NCBI GenBank assembly: GCA_018814885.1
Contig: JAHIYU010000075.1
Coordinates: 8,852-72,851 of the forward strand
DNA length: 64,000 bases
Direction: 5' to 3'
From: a bacterium
Lineage (GTDB): Bacteria > Krumholzibacteriota > Krumholzibacteriia > LZORAL124-64-63
The notes below the pieces were generated by a model. It did no database searches and was not told where the DNA came from. It worked only from the letters and a program-made list of their open reading frames with translations. Below, in pieces: positions 37,529 through 48,775 of the stretch. The stretch's first letter is position 1. Every line of letters starts with the position of its first letter. Made by a program: the position numbers and the translations under genes.

Positions 37529-39040
37529 TCAGAAGGCCATGTGCGCGAAGGTGCGCGAGGCGAGCTCGAAGAGTGTGCCCGGCAGCACGCCGATCAGGAT
37601 GACCAGCAGCGCCAGCACGCCCGCCGTGAAAGCCGCTTCCCAGCTGGCACCTTCGTGCAGATCGCCTTCCGCCGGCTTGAAGTACATCACCACGACCACG
37701 CGCAGGTAGTAGTAGACGGACAGCAGGGAGTTGACCACGCCCCAGACGGCCAGCGGGACCAGGCCCGCCTTCACGACGGCGTCGAAGAGGTAGAACTTGC
37801 CCACGAAGCCAGCGGCCGGTGGAATGCCGGCAAGCGAGAAGAGGAACACCGACAGAGTGGCCGCGGCCAGGGGGCGCCGGCGCGAGAGACCGGCGTAGCC
37901 TGAGATCGCATCCGCCTCCTCGGCACGGCTGCGGCTCAGGTAGGCGACGATGCCGAAAGCGCCCAGGTTCATCAGGGCGTAGACGACCAGATAGAAGAGC
38001 AAGGCGCCGCCGGCTGCGCCGGCCACCTCCACGGTGCGCGTCGCGACCTCGGTACTGCGGCCCGTGTTCAACAGGGCCAGGACGCCCAGCAGCAGATAAC
38101 CGGCGTGTGCGATGCTGGAGTAGGCCAGCATGCGCTTGATGCCGTCCTGCGACAGCGCCACCACGTTGCCGATGGTCATGGTCAGGACCGCCAGGACCGC
38201 CAGCAGGGGGAACCAGACCACCGAGAGGGACGGGAGCAGCAACCAGACGAACCTCAGCAGGGCCGCCATGGCGGCCGCCTTGACGCCGGTCGCCATGTAG
38301 CCGGTCATGTACACCGGCGCTCCCTCGTAGACGTCGGGCGTCCACATGTGGAACGGCACCATGGCGATCTTGAAGCCGAAGGCGATCAGGATCAATCCGC
38401 TGGAGATCGGCAGCAGGACGCCGCCGGCGCCGGCGGCCAGCGCCGTGCCGATGGCCGCGTATGACGTGCCCCCGGTCTGTCCGTACAGCAGGGCGGAACC
38501 CATGAGCAGTACGGCCGAGGCGAAGGCGCCCATGATCAGGTACTTGAAGCCGGCCTCGCTGCTGCGCATCGAGCCGCGGTTGCCGCCCACCAGGATGTAG
38601 ACCGAGAGGCTCATGGTCTCCAGGGCCAGGAACAGGCTCATCAGGTCGGTGGCGGCCGCCATCAGCATCATGCCCAGGGTGGCGAACAGCACCAGGGGAT
38701 AGAATTCCGCCCGGAAACGCCCATCACGATCGTAGATGCTGGTGGCGAAGACGACCGTCAGCATGGCGATGGCCACGAACAGCAGATTGAAGAAATGCGT
38801 GTACAGATCGCACGCGAGCATGCCGTTCATCAGCGATCCCGTGCGAGCGGGACCCGTGCCCTGGGCCACGGCCGTCCCCAGCAGGACAAGCAGGGAGAGC
38901 ATGGAGAGGTGGTCCTTGCGTAGGCTCTTGACGAAGGCGTCCACCAGCATCACCAGCAGAGCGCCGCCGGCCAGCACGAGGTAAGGCAGCATCTGCATCA
39001 GCTGTCCGCCGAGGTCGGTCTCCGGTGCCAGGCCGTTCAT
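37529..39040 (-). CDS. nuoN: NADH-quinone oxidoreductase subunit N
   Basis: 503-aa polytopic protein, placed by similarity and operon position. Confidence 0.85.
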   Translation of the reverse strand: MNGLAPETDLGGQLMQMLPYLVLAGGALLVMLVDAFVKSLRKDHLSMLSLLVLLGTAVAQGTGPARTGSLMNGMLACDLYTHFFNLLFVAIAMLTVVFATSIYDRDGRFRAEFYPLVLFATLGMMLMAAATDLMSLFLALETMSLSVYILVGGNRGSMRSSEAGFKYLIMGAFASAVLLMGSALLYGQTGGTSYAAIGTALAAGAGGVLLPISSGLILIAFGFKIAMVPFHMWTPDVYEGAPVYMTGYMATGVKAAAMAALLRFVWLLLPSLSVVWFPLLAVLAVLTMTIGNVVALSQDGIKRMLAYSSIAHAGYLLLGVLALLNTGRSTEVATRTVEVAGAAGGALLFYLVVYALMNLGAFGIVAYLSRSRAEEADAISGYAGLSRRRPLAAATLSVFLFSLAGIPPAAGFVGKFYLFDAVVKAGLVPLAVWGVVNSLLSVYYYLRVVVVMYFKPAEGDLHEGASWEAAFTAGVLALLVILIGVLPGTLFELASRTFAHMAF

Positions 39041-40602
39041 CGCTCACCTCCCGTCCCGACGGTAACGACAGATCCCGGGTCTACGACCGCGCCTCCGGCC
39101 GGTGCGACCCCGGCCAACGCCTGCGTCACGGGCTCCAACAGCCGCATGATGGACGGCTCCATGCGCTCCAGCAGGGGCGCCGGCGCGACGCCCAGCAGCA
39201 CGATGAAGACCATGATCGGAATCAGTACGATCCACTCCCGCAGGTTCAGGTCGGAGAGATGGCGGTTCGCGTCGCGGGCGAGCCTGCCCAGGAAGACGCG
39301 CTGGTACATCCACAGCATGTAGATGGCCCCCAGGACCACGCCGGTCGCCGACAGGACCACCAGCAGCTTGGCCTGGGGCAGCAACGCGCTCGAGAAGCTG
39401 CCGAAGAGCACCAGGAACTCTCCCGTGAAACCGCAGAGGCCGGGCAGGCCTATGCTGGCCAGGGTCACGAACATGAAAACGGAGGCATAGGCCGGCATGA
39501 CGTGGGCGAGACCGCCGAACTCGTCGATCTCGCGCGTGTGCCGGCGTTCGTAGATCACGCCGACGAGAAGGAACAGGGCGCCCGTGGACAGGCCGTGCGC
39601 CAGCATCTGGTACAAACCGCCGGCCACGCCGGTCGCCGTCAGGCTGAAGAGCCCCAGCACGACGAAACCGAGATGGCTTACGCTGGAGTAGGCAACGAGC
39701 TTCTTGACGTCCTTCTGTACCATCGCCACCAGGGCGCCGTAGATGATCCCCACCACCGCCAGTCTCGCCAGCCAGGGCCCGAGCAGCAGAGCCGCCTCAG
39801 GGAAGAGCGGGATGGCGAAACGCAGCAGACCGTAGGTGCCCATCTTGAGCAGGATGGCCGCCAGGATCACCGATCCGGCCGTCGGCGCCTCAACGTGCGC
39901 GTCCGGCAGCCAGGTATGGAACGGGAAGAGCGGCACCTTGATGGCGAAGGCGAGGGCGAAGGCCGCGAAGAGCCACATCTGCTCGGTGCGACCGAGATCC
40001 AGGAGCATGAACTTGTCCAGTTCCATGCTGCCGGCCTGGTAGTAGCAGTAGAGGATGGCGACGAGCATGAAGACCGAACCGACCATCGTGTAGATGAAGA
40101 ACTTGACGGCCGCGTAGATGCGTCGCTCCCCGCCCCAGATCCCGATCAAGAAATACATGGGGATGAGCATGGCTTCCCAGAAGAAATAGAAGAGCAGCAT
40201 GTCGCGGGCCACAAAAGTGCCGATCATGGCCGTCTGCAGGACGAGCAGAAAGCCCATGGCCTCGCGCACGCGCTCCTGGATGGCGTTCCAGGTGCTGAGG
40301 ATCACCAGCGGGCCGAGGAAGGTGGTCAGCAGGACGAGGAAGAGGGAGACGCCGTCCAGGCCCAGGGAGTAGCTGATCTTGCCGTCGGCCAGCCAGGCGA
40401 CCTTTTCGGCGAACTGGTCGCCGGCGTCGCCCGCGTCGAAATGCCGGTACAGGTGCAGCGACAGCACGAAGTCGATGAGTGCGACCGCGAGGGCCGCGCT
40501 GCGCGCCGCCGCCTTGGTCCGGCCCAGCAGGAAGATCAACAGCGCGCCCGCGAGGGGCAAGAAGGTGACCCAGGAAAGAATGTGGTCGGTTACAAACGAC
40601 AC
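39037..40602 (-). CDS. nuoM: NADH-quinone oxidoreductase subunit M
   Basis: Contains FFWEAMLIPMYFLIG and WLPDAH. Confidence 0.9.
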   Translation of the reverse strand: MSFVTDHILSWVTFLPLAGALLIFLLGRTKAAARSAALAVALIDFVLSLHLYRHFDAGDAGDQFAEKVAWLADGKISYSLGLDGVSLFLVLLTTFLGPLVILSTWNAIQERVREAMGFLLVLQTAMIGTFVARDMLLFYFFWEAMLIPMYFLIGIWGGERRIYAAVKFFIYTMVGSVFMLVAILYCYYQAGSMELDKFMLLDLGRTEQMWLFAAFALAFAIKVPLFPFHTWLPDAHVEAPTAGSVILAAILLKMGTYGLLRFAIPLFPEAALLLGPWLARLAVVGIIYGALVAMVQKDVKKLVAYSSVSHLGFVVLGLFSLTATGVAGGLYQMLAHGLSTGALFLLVGVIYERRHTREIDEFGGLAHVMPAYASVFMFVTLASIGLPGLCGFTGEFLVLFGSFSSALLPQAKLLVVLSATGVVLGAIYMLWMYQRVFLGRLARDANRHLSDLNLREWIVLIPIMVFIVLLGVAPAPLLERMEPSIMRLLEPVTQALAGVAPAGGAVVDPGSVVTVGTGGER

Positions 40603-40614
40603 AACCGCCCTCCC

Positions 40615-42681
<2,067 letters not shown>

Positions 42682-42685
42682 AACG

Positions 42686-42991
42686 CTACTCCATGAGGGT
42701 CTTGAGTTCGTCCACGTTCACCGTCCGGCGCAGCCGGTAGATCTCCACCAGGATCGCCAGGCCGATGGCGGCCTCGGCGGCCGCCACGGCGAAGTTCATC
42801 AGCACGAAGACATGGCCGGAGAGATCGCCGTGCATGCGGGAATACGCGGCGAAGACGACGTTCACCGCGCACAGCATGATCTCGATGCTCATGAGCATGA
42901 TCAGGCTGTTGCGGCGGATCACGACGCCGGCCATACCCACCAGGAACATGGCCGCGGCCAGCACCAGGTAATGGGTCAAACCTATCTCCAC
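42686..42991 (-). CDS. nuoK: NADH-quinone oxidoreductase subunit K
   Basis: 101 aa (VEIGLTHYLVLAAAMF...) with a GTG start preceded by GAGGAGGA. The longer ORF is an alternate-frame extension. Confidence 0.8.
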   Translation of the reverse strand: MEIGLTHYLVLAAAMFLVGMAGVVIRRNSLIMLMSIEIMLCAVNVVFAAYSRMHGDLSGHVFVLMNFAVAAAEAAIGLAILVEIYRLRRTVNVDELKTLME

Positions 42992-43497
42992 GGCTGATCC
43001 TCCTCCCTGCGCCCCAGCGCTAGGGCGCCTATGATGGCCACCAGCAGGACGATGGAGATGAGCTCGAAGGCCAGCAGATAGCGGTTCAGCAGCAGGCCGG
43101 CCACGCGCTCCGCGGTTCCGGCGGACGCGTTCCCGGCGTCGGAAAACGCCGTGACGCCGCTGCGCGAGACCCAGCCGACGAGGACTACCGCGATCGCCGC
43201 CGCCGGGGCGGCGAGCAGGGCCAGTTTCCAGAAGCGGCGGCCCTCGCGTTCCGCCGGCAGGACCGGTCCCTGCAGCATCATGATCACGAACAGGAACAGG
43301 ACCATGATGGCGCCTGCGTAGATCAGAACCTGCAGGATCGCCAGGAAGGGGGCCGACAGCAGCGCGAAGATACCCGCGGCGTTGATGAAGCTGAAGATCA
43401 ACCAGACCGCGGCGGTCACGGCGTTGCGGCTGGCGACGGTCATCACGGCCGCCCCGAGCATCAGCGCCGCGAAAAGGTAGAACAGATAAATCTCCAC
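42982..43497 (-). CDS. nuoJ: NADH-quinone oxidoreductase subunit J
   Basis: 171 aa; begins MEIYLFYLFAALMLGAAVMTV... Confidence 0.85.
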   Translation of the reverse strand: MEIYLFYLFAALMLGAAVMTVASRNAVTAAVWLIFSFINAAGIFALLSAPFLAILQVLIYAGAIMVLFLFVIMMLQGPVLPAEREGRRFWKLALLAAPAAAIAVVLVGWVSRSGVTAFSDAGNASAGTAERVAGLLLNRYLLAFELISIVLLVAIIGALALGRREEDQPWR

Positions 43498-43518
43498 GTC
43501 CTCTTGCCTCCCGAAACG

Positions 43519-44022
43519 TCAGAGAGTCCCGCGGGTCTCGTCGTTGAGCAGAAAATCCTTGTCCACGAAGAATTTCTCCCTGGCGTCGGCCACGATCTCG
43601 TAGATGCCGGTGTCCATGCGGATGGCATCGCAGGGACAGGCCTCCTCGCAGAGCCCGCAGTACACGCAGCGCAACAGGTCGATGTCGAATCTCTCCGGGT
43701 ATTTCTCGATGGTCGGATCCGGATGCTCCGCGGCCGTGATGTGGATGCAGTCGGCGGGACAGGCGGTGCTGCACATCATGCAGGCCACGCAGCGCGGCGA
43801 GCCGTCGTCCCGCTTCATCAGACGATGGCGTCCGCGGAAACGGTCGCTGTACCGGGGCTTCTCTTCCGGGTACTGGACCGTGGGCATGTCCTTCATGGCG
43901 AAGATGTTGCGCAGCAGATGCCTGATGGTGATCAAGAGTCCGCGCAGCACCTCCCCCACGTAGACGCGCTCGCCCAGGCTCATGTCCCTGCCGTAGCCGT
44001 GTGCCTTGCCGTTCGTCCTCAT
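43519..44022 (-). CDS. nuoI: NADH-quinone oxidoreductase subunit I (2x[4Fe-4S])
   Basis: CVACMMCSTACP and CVYCGLCEEACP motifs. Confidence 0.9.
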   Translation of the reverse strand: MRTNGKAHGYGRDMSLGERVYVGEVLRGLLITIRHLLRNIFAMKDMPTVQYPEEKPRYSDRFRGRHRLMKRDDGSPRCVACMMCSTACPADCIHITAAEHPDPTIEKYPERFDIDLLRCVYCGLCEEACPCDAIRMDTGIYEIVADAREKFFVDKDFLLNDETRGTL

Positions 44023-44058
44023 GTCCTCATACCTTCACCGGGAACCGCCGCGCGTCTT

Positions 44059-45333
44059 TCAGACGATGGCGACCCCGACCGCCGTGATCACCAGGTTCGC
44101 CAGGGCCAGCGGCAACATCACCTTCCAACCCAGGCTCATGAGCTGGTCGTACCTGAAGCGCGGCAGCGTCCACCGCACCCAGACGAAGAACCAGCAGAAG
44201 AAGACCACCTTGCCCACGAACGCCCCGACCTGCAGCAGGGTGGCGAAGAGCGAAGCGCCGGCGGGGCCGACCCGCCACGGCGCGAGGGCGAACGAAGCCA
44301 GCGACAACGCGCCCACCACGGCGAAGAAGCCTCCCAGCAATCCCGGTTCGCGGTCGCGGGCATCGCCGAACTTCCCGCGTTCGCGGACCGCCCGCCTGAA
44401 GAAGAGCCACGCGATCACACCGGAAACGACCGCCTGGAGTCCGAGCACGAGCGGCAGCAGGGTGTCCGCGCCGGCCGTGATCGTCTGACGGGACAGCCAG
44501 GGAATGTTCCAGCCGCCGAAGAAGAGCGTCGCGATCAGCGCCGCACCGATCACCATGTTCGCGTATTCGGCCATGAAGAAGAGTGCGAACTTCATCGAGC
44601 TGTACTCGAGGTGGTAACCGGCGACGATCTCCGACTCGCCTTCCGGCAGGTCGAAGGGCGTCCGGTTGGTCTCGGCGAATATCGCGGTGATGAAGAGCAG
44701 CGCGCCCAGCGGCTGGATCACCACACCCCATTTGGGCAGGAACCCCCAGATCAGATCGCCCTGACCAGATACGATCTCCGTCAAGCGCAGAGACTGGAAG
44801 ATCAGGAGCAGCCCCATGATGGCCAGTCCCATGCTGATCTCGTAGCTGATCATCTGCGAGGTCGAGCGCAGGGCGCCCAGGAACGCGTACTTGTTGTTCG
44901 AGGCCCAGCCGGCCATCACGATCCCGTAGGTACCGAGGCTGGCGATGGCGAACACGTAGAGGATGCCCACGTTCAGGTCCGCGACCACCAGGGGTATCTG
45001 TCGCCCGCCCACCTCCAGGTAGTCCCCGAAGGGGATCACCGCATAGGTGACGAGCGCGACGAAGAAGACCACGAACGGCGCCAGCGCATACAGGAACCCG
45101 TGCACTCCGTCGGGGCGCACGTCCTCCTTGAAGAGCAGTTTGACGACGTCGGCGATGGGATGCACGAGGCCGCCCAGTCTGATGCCGGCCACGCTGGCGC
45201 GGTTGGGCCCGGTCCGGTCCTGGATGAAGGCCGAGCCCTTGCGCTCGGCCCAGACCAGCACCGGGATCAGACCGATCACCAGGACCAGCATGAAGACGAT
45301 CTTCAGCAGGGTCGCCACGACGAGCTCCATCAC
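44059..45333 (-). CDS. nuoH: NADH-quinone oxidoreductase subunit H
   Basis: 424 aa; contains AERKGSAFIQDRTGPNR. Confidence 0.9.
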   Translation of the reverse strand: MMELVVATLLKIVFMLVLVIGLIPVLVWAERKGSAFIQDRTGPNRASVAGIRLGGLVHPIADVVKLLFKEDVRPDGVHGFLYALAPFVVFFVALVTYAVIPFGDYLEVGGRQIPLVVADLNVGILYVFAIASLGTYGIVMAGWASNNKYAFLGALRSTSQMISYEISMGLAIMGLLLIFQSLRLTEIVSGQGDLIWGFLPKWGVVIQPLGALLFITAIFAETNRTPFDLPEGESEIVAGYHLEYSSMKFALFFMAEYANMVIGAALIATLFFGGWNIPWLSRQTITAGADTLLPLVLGLQAVVSGVIAWLFFRRAVRERGKFGDARDREPGLLGGFFAVVGALSLASFALAPWRVGPAGASLFATLLQVGAFVGKVVFFCWFFVWVRWTLPRFRYDQLMSLGWKVMLPLALANLVITAVGVAIV

Positions 45334-46895
45334 GCGTCACCCCCCGTTCCCACCGGCAGGGGCGCAACGCCGGCCGTGCCTAGGTCGTTCAAGTCGACGC
45401 CGGCGAGGGCCGGAGCCTGCTCCGCGGCCATACGGCGCACCTCCGGCAAACCGGCGGGTTGCTCCGCCGTCGTGAGCCGGCCCAGCCACCCGGCCAGGAA
45501 ACGCCAGTCCTCGCGCGTCCGCTCCGGGCCGGCTACAGCGCGTCGGATCAGCTGGAACCGCCCCTGCGCGTTGACGAAGATGCCGTCCTTCTCGGCCCAG
45601 GCGCGCAGCGGCACGACGACCTGCGCCGCATGGGCGGTCGCATTCCGATGCGTGCCGAGGTAGACGAGGAAGCGTCCGGACGCCGCTTCCGCGAAACCGG
45701 GAGAGTCCGCGACGGGATCGCCGCCGTAGACGAGGACCCCGCCGGATGAACCCGCCGTGCGCGAGACCAGATCCGCAGCCGTCACTTCGGGCAGGTCGAG
45801 CCACTCGAGCGACTTGCGATTGGGCTTACGGTCGGCCGCGAGCAGCAGTTCGTCGCCCTCGCCGCGCCCCGATTCCGCGAGGCATCCCAGCACGCGGCCC
45901 TCACCGCACAGTACGCGTCCCAGCCGCGCGAAGAGGGCCAGCTCCTCCAGCGTCTGCCCGGGCGAGGCCAGAGCCAGGCCGCCTGGCGCGAACTCGGCGA
46001 GCCGGGCGTCCAACTCGGCCCACGCCGCTTCCCGCAGCGCGCCGTCGCGCTGGACGAGCGGCGACGCCAGGCGGCTCTCGGCATGCACCGCGCGGTATTC
46101 GAGGCGTCCGAGATCGCACATCCAGGGGCCGTTCACCTCGTCGTTGCGCCGCGGCTTGATGCGGTAGATGCGTTCCGCCTCGTGATCGACGCGGATGTTA
46201 CAGCCTGTCGCGCAACCGGGGCAGACGGACTGCGTGCTGCGCAGCAGCCACACGCGCTTCTTGAAGCGGAAGTCGCGGCTGGTCAAGGCCCCCACGGGAC
46301 AGATGTCGACCGTGTTCAAGCTGTAGTTGTTGTTGAGCTCCTTGCCCGGCGCGATGCCGATCTCGGCCCGGTCCCCCCTGTTGAAGACGCCGAGTTCGCC
46401 CGTACCGGTGATGTGATCGCAGAAACGCACGCAACGGCTGCAGAGCACGCAGCGTTCCTTGTCGAGGATCACGTGCGGCCCGATGACCTGGGCCTTCACC
46501 TTGTTGACCTTGTCGCCCTTGCTCACTTCCGACTCGTACAGGCCGTAAACCATGTATTGGTCCTGCAGGCCGCATTCCCCGGCCTGGTCGCAGATCGGAC
46601 AGTCAACGGGGTGGTTGATCAGGTGCATCTCCAGGATCTGCCGGGCGGCCGTGCGCACGCGCTCGCTCCGCGTATGGACCACCATGCCCTCGCGGACGGT
46701 GGTGTTGCAGGCGATGGTCAGCTTGGGCATGCCCTCGATCTCGACCTGGCAGAGCCGGCAGACGCCGGCGACGGGGAGATCGGGATGGTAGCAGAAGTGC
46801 GGCAGGGCCTCGCCCCGCGCCTCGCGGCAGGCGTCGAAGAGCGAGGTGCCCTCGGGAAACACCAGTTCCCGGCCGTCTATCGTCAACTTGGTCAT
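45330..46895 (-). CDS. nuoG: NADH-quinone oxidoreductase subunit G (short form, 521 aa)
   Basis: N-terminal 2Fe-2S cysteines (CYHPDLPVAGVCRLC), the HPVDCPICDQAGEC cluster and 4Fe-4S cysteines; the C-terminal molybdopterin-like region is truncated. Confidence 0.8.
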   Translation of the reverse strand: MTKLTIDGRELVFPEGTSLFDACREARGEALPHFCYHPDLPVAGVCRLCQVEIEGMPKLTIACNTTVREGMVVHTRSERVRTAARQILEMHLINHPVDCPICDQAGECGLQDQYMVYGLYESEVSKGDKVNKVKAQVIGPHVILDKERCVLCSRCVRFCDHITGTGELGVFNRGDRAEIGIAPGKELNNNYSLNTVDICPVGALTSRDFRFKKRVWLLRSTQSVCPGCATGCNIRVDHEAERIYRIKPRRNDEVNGPWMCDLGRLEYRAVHAESRLASPLVQRDGALREAAWAELDARLAEFAPGGLALASPGQTLEELALFARLGRVLCGEGRVLGCLAESGRGEGDELLLAADRKPNRKSLEWLDLPEVTAADLVSRTAGSSGGVLVYGGDPVADSPGFAEAASGRFLVYLGTHRNATAHAAQVVVPLRAWAEKDGIFVNAQGRFQLIRRAVAGPERTREDWRFLAGWLGRLTTAEQPAGLPEVRRMAAEQAPALAGVDLNDLGTAGVAPLPVGTGGDA

Positions 46896-46899
46896 GTCG

Positions 46900-48204
46900 T
46901 CAACTCCTGATCTCGCGCGCCCAGCGCGAGTCCGGCCCCGGCTGCTTGCTCTCGTGTACCAGCGCTTCGAACTCGGGGCGGAAACGCTGCAGGAAACTCC
47001 GCATGGGCATCACCGCGGCGTCGGCCAGCGGGCAGATTGTCAACCCGGCCATGCCGTCGCACACTTTCGCCAGCAGGTCGATATCCTCCAGGGTCCCCTC
47101 GCCCCTGCGCAGGCGCCGCACGATCCGATGCAGCCACCCCGTGCCTTCCCGGCAGGGCGTGCACTGTCCGCACGATTCGTCCCAGTAGAAGTGCATGAGC
47201 ACCTGTATCAGCTCCACCATGTCGCAGCGCGCGGGGATGATGATCATGCCGCCGGAGCCGAGCATGGTACCGGCCTCCTGGAGCGATTCGTAGTCCAGCC
47301 GCGTGTTCATGGCCTCTTCGGCGGTGAGCACGGGCACGGACGAACCGCCCATGATCACGGCCTTGAGCTCCTCCCCTGCGGCCATGCCCCCCAACCAGTC
47401 GTGGAAGAATTCCCTGAAGGGAAGCCCCATGGGGATCTCGTGCACGCCGGGATTGCGGACGGGACCGCTGACGCTGAAGAGCTTCGTGCCGGTGGATTTT
47501 TCGGTGCCGAAGCGCCGGTAGGCCTCGGGGCCCTCGTCGACGATGTACGTGACCGCGGCGACGGTCTCCACGTTGTTCACGATGGTCGGCTTCCCGAGGA
47601 ATCCGGAGACCGCTGGGAAGGGCGGCTTGATCAGCGGCTGTCCCTTGTTGCCGGTCACGGAATTGATCAGCCCGGTCTCCTCGCCGCAGATGTAGGCGCC
47701 GGCCCCCTTGTGGACGATCATCTCGAGATCGTAGCCGCTGTCGAGGATGTTGCGGCCCAGGTAGCCGGCCGCGTAGGCCTCGTCGACGGCCTTCCGCACG
47801 CGGTCGATAAGCCAGCCGAACTCGCCGCGGATGTAGATGACGCAGAGGCAGGCGCTGACCGCGTAGGAGGAGATGATCGATCCCTCGATCACCGCATGGG
47901 GGTCGAAGTCGAGCAGGAAGCGGTCCTTGAAGGTGCCCGGTTCCGACTCGTCGGCATTGACCATGAAGTAGACGGCAGACGCGTCCTTGGGGACGAAACC
48001 CCACTTGACGCCCGCCGGGAAGCCCGCGCCGCCGCGGCCGCGCAGCCCCGAGTCCTTGACCAGCTCGGTCACCTTCGGGGGATCCAGCTCGGCGAGGGCC
48101 TTGCGCAGGGCCCGGTACCCGCCCTGGGCCTCGTAGACCGGCAGCTTGTGGCCGTCGCGGGTTCCGAAGCGTTTGGAGAGGATCCGGCACTCGTCGCGGT
48201 TCAT
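46900..48204 (-). CDS. nuoF: NADH-quinone oxidoreductase subunit F
   Basis: GRGGAGFPAGVKW, the FMN site, and ESCGQCTPCREG. Confidence 0.9.
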   Translation of the reverse strand: MNRDECRILSKRFGTRDGHKLPVYEAQGGYRALRKALAELDPPKVTELVKDSGLRGRGGAGFPAGVKWGFVPKDASAVYFMVNADESEPGTFKDRFLLDFDPHAVIEGSIISSYAVSACLCVIYIRGEFGWLIDRVRKAVDEAYAAGYLGRNILDSGYDLEMIVHKGAGAYICGEETGLINSVTGNKGQPLIKPPFPAVSGFLGKPTIVNNVETVAAVTYIVDEGPEAYRRFGTEKSTGTKLFSVSGPVRNPGVHEIPMGLPFREFFHDWLGGMAAGEELKAVIMGGSSVPVLTAEEAMNTRLDYESLQEAGTMLGSGGMIIIPARCDMVELIQVLMHFYWDESCGQCTPCREGTGWLHRIVRRLRRGEGTLEDIDLLAKVCDGMAGLTICPLADAAVMPMRSFLQRFRPEFEALVHESKQPGPDSRWAREIRS

Positions 48205-48205
48205 T

Positions 48206-48775
48206 CTAGTCCTCCAGATCCCGATCGGTGTCGGCCGGCAGCGGCTCGCCCCGGCGCATGCTGTCGAGGATCTCGTCGGCCTTCTTCGGCGTCAGGTGCT
48301 CGTAGAGGTGCTTGCCCACGAGCATGCAGGGACCCATGCCGCACGCGCCCAGGCACTCGACGCCCTCCAGGGCGAACATGCCGTCGGGCGTCGTCTCGCC
48401 GGCCCGCACGCCCAGCTTCTTCTCCAGTTGCGCCAGCAGGGGGCGCGCGCCCATGATGTGGCAGCTGATGTTATGACAGACCTGGAGCACGTGCGCGGCC
48501 TGCGGAACGTCGCGGAACATGAAGTAGAAGGAGATCAATTCGCGGACCTTCGCCTCGGAGATCTCGAGCCGGGCGGCGGTCCAGGCGACCGCCGCATCGC
48601 TGATGTAGCCGTGGCGATCCTGGATGAGCCACAAGGTCGGCATCAGCGCGCTGCGCTTGGTCGGGTACCTGGCGACGATGTCGTCGAACGCCGCCCGATC
48701 CTCCGCCGACAGGTCGAAGGCGGTGGCCTGCTCCGCCGGTGCGTTCATTTCGCCTGGTCCTTTCGTGGCGCTCAT
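48206..48775 (-). CDS. nuoE: NADH-quinone oxidoreductase subunit E
   Basis: 189 aa; contains CHNISCHIMGA and CLGACGMGPCM (2Fe-2S); start overlaps the nuoCD stop (ATGA). Confidence 0.85.
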   Translation of the reverse strand: MSATKGPGEMNAPAEQATAFDLSAEDRAAFDDIVARYPTKRSALMPTLWLIQDRHGYISDAAVAWTAARLEISEAKVRELISFYFMFRDVPQAAHVLQVCHNISCHIMGARPLLAQLEKKLGVRAGETTPDGMFALEGVECLGACGMGPCMLVGKHLYEHLTPKKADEILDSMRRGEPLPADTDRDLED

